In this document: piece by piece, positions 49,807 through 58,817 of the stretch
Layout of the letters: every line of letters starts with the position of its first letter
Position numbering within the stretch: position 1 is the stretch's first letter
Origin: an uncultured virus (IMG/VR IMGVR_UViG_3300007539_000015)
Taxonomy: Duplodnaviria > Heunggongvirae > Uroviricota > Caudoviricetes
Length of the DNA stretch: 64,000 nt
Strand: one strand, 5' to 3'
Virus record (IMG/VR): IMGVR_UViG_3300007539_000015
Position numbers and translations under genes: made by a program
Notes under the pieces: generated by a model
The model's database searches: none
The model's input: only the letters and a program-made list of their open reading frames with translations
What the model was told of the DNA's origin: nothing

Positions 49807-52721
49807 TATCCGTATACTCCTGTGTTTGGAACAGTGGCTTGTCCCAACTGTATATATTCATCAATGCTAGTGCCGTAAGCGTCTGTTCCTACCGCAGTTT
49901 CGTTGCGCCATTTTCTAACATCGTTGGGTCCTTTTAGATGCGCACCCATCAACAATCCAGCTATTAACTGTTTAGTGTCGCCTTCTCTAATACTACCATT
50001 AGCTTTGAGATATCTTACATTTGCATTAGTGTAAAGTATCATGCCTTTTTCTTGGCAATCTCCTTTGTTTGCCAACCAATCGTCGACATTATTTACTCCG
50101 TCTTTTCCTGTCCAATTATCTGGATTAAGTCTTAGTCTTGGACTGCCGCCTTGGACGCTTTTTCTAATGTAGCCGCCTTCTTTAAGTGCATAGCCACCAA
50201 ACTGATATTTTCCTGCAAAACCAATGCTATTTGTGCAATTATAACGCAAACCGCTTTCTCTAAAGCCAAGAGCATTAAGATAAGCAACAGTTTCTGCCTC
50301 TGTGAATCCAGTTATTAAGCCTGCCGGAGGAGCCGACAATGGTCCATCGCTAGGACCATTGCATCCATATTGCGTGCCTGTTGTTCCAGCTGGCGGATAA
50401 TCTTGTTGGAGTTGCGCTACTGCTACATCGGTTGTTGCTTCAGCTACAGCTTGTGTGCCTCCAGATACTTCAACAGATCCTCCGGCTGCTGAAGCAATTG
50501 TAGAACCTACTGTAGAACTACCAAAGTATCTTGATGTTGATCTATATTTGTTTGCAATTTCTTGTGCAGAATCTGGTGTAATTAATGTTGGATCAGTTGT
50601 ATCATACACTGGATTTTCAACTATAGCACCATTTGCTAATGCTGCATCATTAACAGCTCTTGCAAGTGTTTTCAAATCATTTTCAATAGGATGACCAAAT
50701 GGAGGATTAATATTTGGTGAAACAATTACAACTTTGTATCCTAATGCATTCAAATCAACAATAATTTTTCTAACGTTAACTTTTGCTTTCTCAGGATTGC
50801 CTATATCTTCTATACCTACAGTTACTACTGCAAATTGCCCTGCGGATGCATTTGGAAATGCAGCAGCATCTCTGTTTGATTTTTTATTAATATCATCATC
50901 TTTTACTGCACTCGAAACAGGTGTCACACTTCCGGCACCGACTGCTGCAAAAGTATCAGGCAATGTTGAACTCAAATGACTGTTAACTTGCTGTGTTCCT
51001 GCTCTAGTTTTTTCAACTGTATAGGCTGCTGGATTTAAGTTTTCATGCTGTGGCCACGGTTCATGCTCAGGCACTCGTGCTGCAACTGCTGCTCTCACAG
51101 GTGCGTTTGGTAAAAACGGATTAGGAGCAGGTGGTAATGTAGCATTACGTGATTCGATAGCAACGGCAGCCGCATTGCTACTGCTATTCAAATGTATTTC
51201 ACTAGCAGTGGCTTGGATGTTGGCACCATCTGCTTTTAAACTCATTAATGCTTTAGAATACAATTTAGTTGCACCAGTGCTGTAAAGTTCTAGTGTGTTT
51301 GCGGATGTAATATATGTTTGTAAAGAACTCCTAAAATGTGCTTGAGAATCAACTTGATGATAACTATTACCTAATGCTTTCATATGATAATCACCATCTG
51401 TGGTAATTTTTACAAATTCGCAACCTTCAATGCCTACGCTTTCTGCACTACCAACTGCCAAATGTTGCTGGCTAATTACATTGAGAGTGCCTTTACTGGT
51501 TAAACTAATGTTATCATTACCATAAAGTCCAATGCCGTCGTGGCCTGTCAAACTAATGTTTGCTCCAGCATTTACTGCTACTTCTTGCTGTGCCGAAATG
51601 CCAACGCTATTTCCAGCATCGATTGCAATATCTTTGCCTGCACTGATATTCATGTTTTCGTTTGCAGTTAGATTTATGTCTCTATCGGCTGTAAAGTTTA
51701 AATCGTTTTCACTGTGAATACTAACACTATCTTGAGCGTATACATCAATTTTGCCGTTGCTAGACATTTCTATCCAGCTAGTCCCTTTACTATTACTAAT
51801 ATAAATTAAATCTTCTGTATTGTGTAAAAGTATCTGATGACCTGTGCGTGTTCTAATTCTAAACAATTCATTTGCAGGTCTAGTTACATCACCTGTGTCC
51901 TCTGTGTTTTCAATGTCTGCATATTCAAAAGGTGTAGATTCCGGATGCCCTTTGCGTAAAAATTTGTCATCACCGTCATCCATAACAATACTGTGTCCAC
52001 CAAGTCGTGATTTATAAAATTCGATTTCGCCTTTACCGTGTTGATAGGTTGGAGCATTTTGTCTTTTATCAAAAGGCCCTGGAGTGTTCATACCGAACAC
52101 TGTGCTCGGTAGTTCCCTTCTTGCACTGCTTGTGGTAAGTCCTCTTACATCGTCTGTGATTAATCCTGCTCTAGTTAAAACATTTACAAAATCTGTATTA
52201 ACAGGTTTTAAAAATTTTGTAGGTTGATTTTCGCCATCTGGAGAAGTCAATGCTTTATTGTATTCTCCTACAGGCAATTTTTGACCAAGTTCGTTTATGT
52301 AAGTAGAAGTTCTGCCATCAGGAATTGTAAAGTTTGTAAACGTATCTTGTATACATGCAATCCAATAGCCAAAATCTTTTCTTCCTTCCACAAGTAATAC
52401 AATAACTTTTGTGCCAACATCAGGAGGCACAGCCCAAAAACCATAACTTTGTTGTGTGTCTGCATATGTGTTATTTGCACCTACTTGATGCAAAGGCGTT
52501 TGTCCAGAAAAAGGACTTGCATACAAACACTGTATACTTTGTCCTGTATCATCCCAATCATTACCGTTTGAATTTGCTTTTAACAAATTAACTTTTAAAC
52601 CACCCATAAAAGTTTGGTCTAAATGTCCTATTACTCTTCCAATATATATGCCTGGATCAAAAGTAACGGTGTTATCGCTTTTCCTAGTAAATTCAGTTCT
52701 TATATTACGTGGTTCTGGCAT
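49806..52721 (-). CDS. Baseplate hub/central spike, gp5/VgrG-like, with C-terminal lysozyme-like domain
   Basis: OB-fold SYGFWAVPPDVG.KV, RTRTGHQI, beta-helix repeats, RVP.HEPW..HE; C-terminal RESG...GKYQF. Confidence 0.8.
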   Translation of the reverse strand: MPEPRNIRTEFTRKSDNTVTFDPGIYIGRVIGHLDQTFMGGLKVNLLKANSNGNDWDDTGQSIQCLYASPFSGQTPLHQVGANNTYADTQQSYGFWAVPPDVGTKVIVLLVEGRKDFGYWIACIQDTFTNFTIPDGRTSTYINELGQKLPVGEYNKALTSPDGENQPTKFLKPVNTDFVNVLTRAGLITDDVRGLTTSSARRELPSTVFGMNTPGPFDKRQNAPTYQHGKGEIEFYKSRLGGHSIVMDDGDDKFLRKGHPESTPFEYADIENTEDTGDVTRPANELFRIRTRTGHQILLHNTEDLIYISNSKGTSWIEMSSNGKIDVYAQDSVSIHSENDLNFTADRDINLTANENMNISAGKDIAIDAGNSVGISAQQEVAVNAGANISLTGHDGIGLYGNDNISLTSKGTLNVISQQHLAVGSAESVGIEGCEFVKITTDGDYHMKALGNSYHQVDSQAHFRSSLQTYITSANTLELYSTGATKLYSKALMSLKADGANIQATASEIHLNSSSNAAAVAIESRNATLPPAPNPFLPNAPVRAAVAARVPEHEPWPQHENLNPAAYTVEKTRAGTQQVNSHLSSTLPDTFAAVGAGSVTPVSSAVKDDDINKKSNRDAAAFPNASAGQFAVVTVGIEDIGNPEKAKVNVRKIIVDLNALGYKVVIVSPNINPPFGHPIENDLKTLARAVNDAALANGAIVENPVYDTTDPTLITPDSAQEIANKYRSTSRYFGSSTVGSTIASAAGGSVEVSGGTQAVAEATTDVAVAQLQQDYPPAGTTGTQYGCNGPSDGPLSAPPAGLITGFTEAETVAYLNALGFRESGLRYNCTNSIGFAGKYQFGGYALKEGGYIRKSVQGGSPRLRLNPDNWTGKDGVNNVDDWLANKGDCQEKGMILYTNANVRYLKANGSIREGDTKQLIAGLLMGAHLKGPNDVRKWRNETAVGTDAYGTSIDEYIQLGQATVPNTGVYG

Positions 52722-55669
52722 TAGAATAACTTGCCTCCAAATTGTCTAGTAATTCTTGCTGCGGCGCCGCTTTGGAAATTTTCTGCTGCTTGCGCAAAAG
52801 AAGTTACAGTTGCCTGTTGTATATAACCAGGTATCTTGTCAAAATTCTTCTGTATTGACGCAGGCATTTGTTGGACAGCATTTGCTAATTCAGCAGGCAA
52901 TTGTCCTTGGAATTTTTGCATAACATCTGGCAATTCTGCAGAAAGTTTTTGCAATGTTATAGGCAGTTGTGCTTGTGCTTGTGATAGTGCAGCCGCAAGT
53001 TGCGGTTGTCCTGCTGCAATAGCTGCATTAATTTCGGCTTGTAATCCTGCGCCGCCTGCAATCACTCTACTAATATCGCCATTAATATCTTGACTGCCAG
53101 CTAATACTGCATTAGCAAGACTACTACTTGTAATGTTATTAAATAATCCAGGTATTTGATTTTGTAGTTGTTGTGCTGCTGCTGGTAACCCTTGGTTAAG
53201 TTGACCTAATGCACTGTTAAGTTGACCGCCAAATCCGCTTGGCAAAATACTTGAAAGCGCACCAATTGTTCTGTTCAAGGTATTTGCAATTAAATTAATT
53301 TGATTAAATGCACTAAAAACATTTTGTGCTATATCATTTATTGCTGTGCCACTAAACAATTCAGGAATTTTATCAATTTGATTGTTTGAAAATCCTGTTA
53401 ATAATGAGTTTATACCATATTCAGTTTTTTGTAAAAGAGCTTGTGTTGCAACTGATTGACTTGCAATTTTTCTGTTGATATTTCCTAAAACTAAATTTGG
53501 ATTAGAATAAAGATTTGATAAAACTAAACTATTAGATAAATTTTGATCTTCTAATGTTTGTCCTGGCATTTTCATTAAATTCAAAGTTTGTGTAAATGTT
53601 CCGTTTGCAAATTCATTACGGAAAGTTACAATCTTGTATACGCCGCTAAAAGCATTTGCAGGATCTAATGCAGTAAGGTTGCCAACAAAATCTACACTTG
53701 TCCTAAAACTAATCAAAACAAAAACTTCGCCTCTTGTAATATCAAGATGTCCTTTGTCTGTTACACCAATTGCACTAGATTGAGGATGATTGTTGCCAAA
53801 GTCAGCTTCAGTAAAATAAAAAGGATCTCCCCAAATTCTTAAATCAAGCATAACATTATCTTGGTCACTGTTGAGAATTAACTTGTTAAAATGTTCTGCT
53901 ATTCTTCTTTTACCGCTATCGTCACCAGATCCGCCTGACGGTGATGTTGTGCCACTGCCTGTGGCTACATTACCAGACGGATTAGAAAAATCTTCGCTGG
54001 CTGTAACTGAAAATCCTGGGCCAACACTTGAAACACTTTGTGATGTAGGTTCTATTACTGCCCTATTACCTGAATTTTGCATAGTGTCTTGACCGCCTTG
54101 TGATCCAAGTCTAGTCATTTCTTTGTAGAATGCATTGTTAATATTAAAAGTAAAATCTATAATATCTGTGTTAAGTCCTGTATACACATAATTGTAGTGT
54201 TTTACTGCTTTTTTGATTTGAGGACTGTAAGTTTGGGGTGCTAGTCCAGTAATTCTACTTGAATGAATGCTCTGCGGTGTCACAATGTAAGTATAACGCA
54301 TTGCAGGATTACCTGTTTTTGCCATCATACTTGGATCAATTATTTCGCTACGAGAATGAATTTTAAACCAAGTTATTTCTCCTTGATCTCCAAAACCATC
54401 TATTACAGCAAGTTCATCTGCTTTAGCCTTTCCCCATGCACTTCCAAGTAAAACACCTTCAATAATTTTTTCAATTTTTTCACCAACACCAAATTGAAAT
54501 TCTCTATTATCTGGATCAAATGTCATTGATCCTCTAGTAATCACTTTTGTTCCGTCTGGGTTTTCTCTTATTTGACCGTCAACTAATGTTTTAAAAGGAA
54601 TATTTCCGTAGGCAAATTGATCATCTGTAATAAGTGCTTGTCCTAATTCGTTTTCGTTTTCATTTATAACTGCATTTGCTCTTATACTACGAGGATTTGG
54701 TATTTGTCTATTGAGTTGTGCTAGATTTCTTTCAGCTTGTAGTTTTTCAAACGGATCTGCAAATCCAGAGAGTGTTTGTTCTAATGCTGTAACTCTAGGT
54801 TGGTTTGCTTGTCGAATTAATCTAGCATCTGATACTGCTGTTTGTCTTTGCCCTTCAGCAATATCTCTTTGTCTTCTAGCTCTATCACGTAATGAATATT
54901 CGTATTGTCTAGAAGTAGTTACATAAGCTCCATCCGAATTTAATAAACTAATATCTTGTGGGAAATCTATTCTAAATTCATGCGGAATATAATTTGTATC
55001 TTGTCTAGCTTTTTCAGTTTCAATTTTGTTTAGATGCTCTTCTAAACTAAATTCTCCCCAAGATAAGATTTCTCCTACACTTCCCCCTTTTAAAGCAGCA
55101 TCGTTTGGTATTCTACATATTTGATCAAAAAAGGCTTTGTGATTCCAAGGTATAGCACTCACTTGATACATAGCACCTGCTGCTGTGACTTCAAACGTTA
55201 CATTTATCAAAGACAATACTAAATTGTGCGATGGCAATATTTTTGTATTATTGTTATCATCAAAACCTTTAAATGTGCATTTGAATAAAAATGGTGCATT
55301 CAAATAACTTACACCAACACCAAGTGCTTGCTCAGTTGCAATACTTAAACTTTGAAAAAATAACCCAACGCTACCTGGTTCTATTACTTGAAAATCAATT
55401 TGTATTGCATTTGAAAAACTAGTTCCTGGATTAGCAGTAGGCAAGTAGCTTGCATTAACATTGTCTATAAAAAATTCAACATTTGTTCCAGTATCGTCCT
55501 CAATAGCTGTAGTTATACTTTTGTCAGAGAACCCTCCAGACTTGATAATGGTAACTGCTGCACCATCTTTATAACTTTGTTCGCCGTTGGCTTGTCTAGC
55601 GTTTAAAACACCAAATTCAAAGTTATAGTTGTAGGTAGCAAAACTGTTTAAAGGGTTTTCTAATGCCAT
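52721..55669 (-). CDS. Putative baseplate hub protein (gp27/gpD-like)
   Basis: Located between the gp53-like and gp5-like genes; NPL...ATYNY start, L.I.GDP and FSGVYKI....NEF.NG.FTQTL motifs. Confidence 0.55.
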   Translation of the reverse strand: MALENPLNSFATYNYNFEFGVLNARQANGEQSYKDGAAVTIIKSGGFSDKSITTAIEDDTGTNVEFFIDNVNASYLPTANPGTSFSNAIQIDFQVIEPGSVGLFFQSLSIATEQALGVGVSYLNAPFLFKCTFKGFDDNNNTKILPSHNLVLSLINVTFEVTAAGAMYQVSAIPWNHKAFFDQICRIPNDAALKGGSVGEILSWGEFSLEEHLNKIETEKARQDTNYIPHEFRIDFPQDISLLNSDGAYVTTSRQYEYSLRDRARRQRDIAEGQRQTAVSDARLIRQANQPRVTALEQTLSGFADPFEKLQAERNLAQLNRQIPNPRSIRANAVINENENELGQALITDDQFAYGNIPFKTLVDGQIRENPDGTKVITRGSMTFDPDNREFQFGVGEKIEKIIEGVLLGSAWGKAKADELAVIDGFGDQGEITWFKIHSRSEIIDPSMMAKTGNPAMRYTYIVTPQSIHSSRITGLAPQTYSPQIKKAVKHYNYVYTGLNTDIIDFTFNINNAFYKEMTRLGSQGGQDTMQNSGNRAVIEPTSQSVSSVGPGFSVTASEDFSNPSGNVATGSGTTSPSGGSGDDSGKRRIAEHFNKLILNSDQDNVMLDLRIWGDPFYFTEADFGNNHPQSSAIGVTDKGHLDITRGEVFVLISFRTSVDFVGNLTALDPANAFSGVYKIVTFRNEFANGTFTQTLNLMKMPGQTLEDQNLSNSLVLSNLYSNPNLVLGNINRKIASQSVATQALLQKTEYGINSLLTGFSNNQIDKIPELFSGTAINDIAQNVFSAFNQINLIANTLNRTIGALSSILPSGFGGQLNSALGQLNQGLPAAAQQLQNQIPGLFNNITSSSLANAVLAGSQDINGDISRVIAGGAGLQAEINAAIAAGQPQLAAALSQAQAQLPITLQKLSAELPDVMQKFQGQLPAELANAVQQMPASIQKNFDKIPGYIQQATVTSFAQAAENFQSGAAARITRQFGGKLF

Positions 55670-55969
55670 TTATCCTCCAAGCACAGAGTCAAGTGTAGTT
55701 TTTTGCGGTAATTTAATAGTTGTTCCTGCTCTAAAATCAAAGACTGGATCTTTGATAATATCCATGTTGCGTAGAGCAAATACCCACCATAATTTTGCAT
55801 TACCATATAAGTCAAAACTTAACAAATCTGGTCTATATGTATATTGCGGTTCAATAGTATATGTTACATCATTTTCTACTGCGGGTAAAAATCTTGGTTG
55901 GTATATATCCATGTAACTTTCATTTATAGGTGTTTCAAAGTAAGGACTTGAAGCTGAATATTTTGCCAT
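55670..55969 (-). CDS. Baseplate wedge protein, gp53-like (LysM-related)
   Basis: YRPDLLSFDLYGNAKLWWVF..RN......P.FDF.AG..I.LP. Confidence 0.8.
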   Translation of the reverse strand: MAKYSASSPYFETPINESYMDIYQPRFLPAVENDVTYTIEPQYTYRPDLLSFDLYGNAKLWWVFALRNMDIIKDPVFDFRAGTTIKLPQKTTLDSVLGG

Positions 55970-56853
55970 TAGATAAATCCTCCATTAGTTTTATTGCCAA
56001 TGTAATCACCTTTAATAAATGATTCTAAGTTAAAATTCTTTTGTGCTGTTCTACTGTATGCTGGAGCAACTGTTACGTTAATAGTGCTTAATGTAGGAAC
56101 GTAACAATAATTACCAGACACATTTATTTGATCATCAAGTGATACCTGATCTTCTAAAGGAACTTTGATGTAATCTACTGCATTTGGTAAATCTAGGTTA
56201 AACATCTTTACAATAACAGGTGTATGGTCAAATATAAAATTACCATATCCAGATAATGCCACTCTAGGCGGTGGATGACCTTGCAAAGGTCCTTGCCCAT
56301 AGAACATTTTTGTAATACTTCTTAAAAAATGCACTGCTGCTACCCAATATGCTCCGTCTCTTTCGTTTTCTACAGGAAATTCTGCACTAATTGTGATATC
56401 TTCTATCCTACTTGATTCATATACATGATAAGGATAGTTTGTATGCACAGGTTGTATTTGATCATAATTTGCCATGCTAGACAAAAGAATCTGTGGTGTT
56501 GTAGGAAAAACTAAACTGTAATCACTTAAAAAAAGAGGTGACAAAATTTGACTTTGCGTAAAATAATCCGGTGCAGCAGGAAGATGAATACGCACACGCC
56601 AATCTTCGCCGTTTTGTTGATTACCTGCGGCTAATCTTGCTTGTCTTACTGTTGCAGTATTAGGTGAAGCACCGTAGCTTACTTGTGTTCCTAATCTACC
56701 CTGGCTTACAAAGGTAATAAAGTCTTCTGCATTGCCAGAAGAAAATACCTTTCTTGCAGCATCAATTGTGCGCACTGTTTTTACAATTGGATTACTATTA
56801 AAAGCTGTTTGCACAGTGTTTACCAGCTGACCAACTACATTTATTACAGACAT
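55969..56853 (-). CDS. Putative tail tube initiator/baseplate protein (gp48/gp54-like)
   Basis: LVFPTTP, HFLRS.TKM, PPP...L.GYG...F...PVIV. Start moved to ATG 56853 (GGAG RBS, TAAATA at 56872-56877). Confidence 0.55.
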   Translation of the reverse strand: MSVINVVGQLVNTVQTAFNSNPIVKTVRTIDAARKVFSSGNAEDFITFVSQGRLGTQVSYGASPNTATVRQARLAAGNQQNGEDWRVRIHLPAAPDYFTQSQILSPLFLSDYSLVFPTTPQILLSSMANYDQIQPVHTNYPYHVYESSRIEDITISAEFPVENERDGAYWVAAVHFLRSITKMFYGQGPLQGHPPPRVALSGYGNFIFDHTPVIVKMFNLDLPNAVDYIKVPLEDQVSLDDQINVSGNYCYVPTLSTINVTVAPAYSRTAQKNFNLESFIKGDYIGNKTNGGFI

Positions 56854-56878
56854 ATTCAATCTCCTATATAGTATTTAG

Positions 56879-56912
56879 TTGACAAAATTATCTACGTAGT
56901 TTATTATAAATA
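56879..56912 (+). promoter_or_regulatory. Overlapping sigma70 promoter (TTGACA-N17-TATTAT) and late promoter (TATAAATA) upstream of the late sigma gene
   Basis: TTGACA 56879-56884, TATTAT 56902-56907, TATAAATA 56905-56912, RBS AGGAG 56919-56923. Confidence 0.72.
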
Positions 56913-56928
56913 CAAGTAAGGAGACCTC

Positions 56929-57753
56929 ATGGCAAGAAGAGTTAATTATCTCAACAACAAAGACATGTTAATTGAGATACATAGATCAAAAAATTCATTT
57001 GCAAGTTATTTAGAAAAAGAACATGCAGACTACGATTTAATTTTGAATAGTATTGATAAAATCAATGTTAGAACTATTGCTGAAGCAAAACGTGCAAAAG
57101 CAAAAAAACAATCAAATGAAATTTATGAACAAGCTAAAGCAAATGGTAAAAAAGTTAAACAAGCCGAATGCGAAGTAGATTACAGAAAAATCAAAAAAGA
57201 CGAACTAATATTTCGTATTATGACATTTGAACACATTCCTGAAGAGCCAGGACGTAAGAAAAACCCTAAAACAGAAGCAGATAAAAAAACAAAACTACCT
57301 TTTCCACCTTATCAGCACTACAAGTTTGATGAAAACGATAATTTAATTTGTGTAGGCAAAAGTCATTGGGTTGGTGGCATGGAAAATGGACATTTTTCAA
57401 AAGATCACGGTAAGGCAACTAACAAACTTGCTATGATGTGGATGAAACTTGTAGATAGATATGCTACTAGAGGCAATGTTCGTGGATATACTTATAATGA
57501 CGAAATGAAAGGTCAAGCAATATTGCAACTTGCACAAATTGGTTTGCAGTTTGATGAATCAAAATCACAAAACCCGTTTGCATATTACACAGCCGCAGTT
57601 ACAAATAGCTTTGTTAGAGTGATTAATTTGGAAAAACGTAACCAAAATATTAGAGACGATATACTAGAAATGAACGATCTTAACCCAAGTCATACTAGAA
57701 TGCACCAAGGCGAATGGGAAGCAGCCTTGCGTAGAGAAAAAGAAAGTAATTGA
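56929..57753 (+). CDS. Late-transcription sigma factor, T4 gp55-like
   Basis: NYLNNKD start, RGYTY.DEM, F....S.NPFAYYT, and its position before gp47/gp46. Confidence 0.8.
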   Translation: MARRVNYLNNKDMLIEIHRSKNSFASYLEKEHADYDLILNSIDKINVRTIAEAKRAKAKKQSNEIYEQAKANGKKVKQAECEVDYRKIKKDELIFRIMTFEHIPEEPGRKKNPKTEADKKTKLPFPPYQHYKFDENDNLICVGKSHWVGGMENGHFSKDHGKATNKLAMMWMKLVDRYATRGNVRGYTYNDEMKGQAILQLAQIGLQFDESKSQNPFAYYTAAVTNSFVRVINLEKRNQNIRDDILEMNDLNPSHTRMHQGEWEAALRREKESN

Positions 57754-57778
57754 CAATCTCAAAATAATGTTTTATACT
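57750..57778 (+). promoter_or_regulatory. Sigma70-type promoter TTGACA-N17-TATACT
   Basis: TTGACA 57750-57755 and TATACT 57773-57778, upstream of the gp47-like gene. Confidence 0.8.
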
Positions 57779-57803
57779 ACAAGTTGGTAGAAGGAATAAC
57801 AAT

Positions 57804-58817
57804 TTGTTTAAAAAAGCCGCTGTCTTTACGGATATCCACTTTGGATTGAAGGGTAATTCGCGAGTTCATAACCAAGATTGTGAAGAATATGTAGATTGGT
57901 TTATCAAAACTGCAAAAGAACATGGGTGTGAAACAGCCTTGTTTACTGGTGACTGGAATCACAACAGAAACAGCTTAAATTTAACAACTATGGATTCTGG
58001 TATACGCAGTTTAGAAAAGCTAGGTGCAGCATTTGACAAGTTTTATATGTTTGCTGGCAATCACGATTTGTATTACAAGGATAAACGTGACGTAAAATCT
58101 ACTGAATTTGCAAGACATATACCTGGTGTGACAGTTATTGAAGATATACATATCGAAGATGACGTTGCATTAGTGCCTTGGTTAGTAGGTGACGAATGGA
58201 AACGTATGAGTAGCATTGAAGCAAAGTATCTGTTTGGACACTTTGAACTTCCTAGTTTTTACATGAATGCTATGGTGCAAATGCCAGATCACGGCGAACT
58301 GAAAAGCGAACACTTTGTAAATCAAGAGTATGTGTTCAGTGGACACTTCCACAAGCGTCAGAAGCAAGGCAAGATCCACTACATTGGTAATGCTTTCCCA
58401 CACAACTATGCAGATGCTTGGGATGATGACCGCGGTATGATGATATTAGACCGTGAGAATGGTGCAGAACCAGAGTATATCAACTGGCTAGACTGCCCTA
58501 AGTATAGAACTGTAAGGCTATCTCAGTTGATCGATGAAAAAGATACAATGCTAAAAAGCAAAATGTATCTAAGAGTTACCTTAGACTTGCCAGTAAGTTA
58601 TGAAGAAGCTAGTTTCATTAAAGAAACATTTATTAGAGATTATGATTGCCGTGAAATAACACTTATTCCACAGAAACAACTTGAAGAAATAAACACAGAA
58701 CTTGACATTGCACAGTTTGAAAGTGTTGATCAAATTGTTAGCAACGAAATTATGGCAATTGACAGTGACAACTTTGATAAGGCATTGTTGTTAAACATTT
58801 ACAACGGTTTAGAATGA
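57804..58817 (+). CDS. Recombination endonuclease subunit, gp47/Mre11/SbcD-like
   Basis: Metallophosphoesterase motifs TDIHFG, GD, GNHD, GHFE, SGHFH. Confidence 0.9.
   Translation: MFKKAAVFTDIHFGLKGNSRVHNQDCEEYVDWFIKTAKEHGCETALFTGDWNHNRNSLNLTTMDSGIRSLEKLGAAFDKFYMFAGNHDLYYKDKRDVKSTEFARHIPGVTVIEDIHIEDDVALVPWLVGDEWKRMSSIEAKYLFGHFELPSFYMNAMVQMPDHGELKSEHFVNQEYVFSGHFHKRQKQGKIHYIGNAFPHNYADAWDDDRGMMILDRENGAEPEYINWLDCPKYRTVRLSQLIDEKDTMLKSKMYLRVTLDLPVSYEEASFIKETFIRDYDCREITLIPQKQLEEINTELDIAQFESVDQIVSNEIMAIDSDNFDKALLLNIYNGLE

Noticed and set aside
917..54926. Many 60-190 aa opposite-strand or nested ORFs in the ORF track (e.g. 38343-38918, 33483-33893, 3276-3608)
   Set aside because: They lie antisense to or inside long motif-bearing genes, lack RBSs and recognisable motifs, and look like shadow ORFs.
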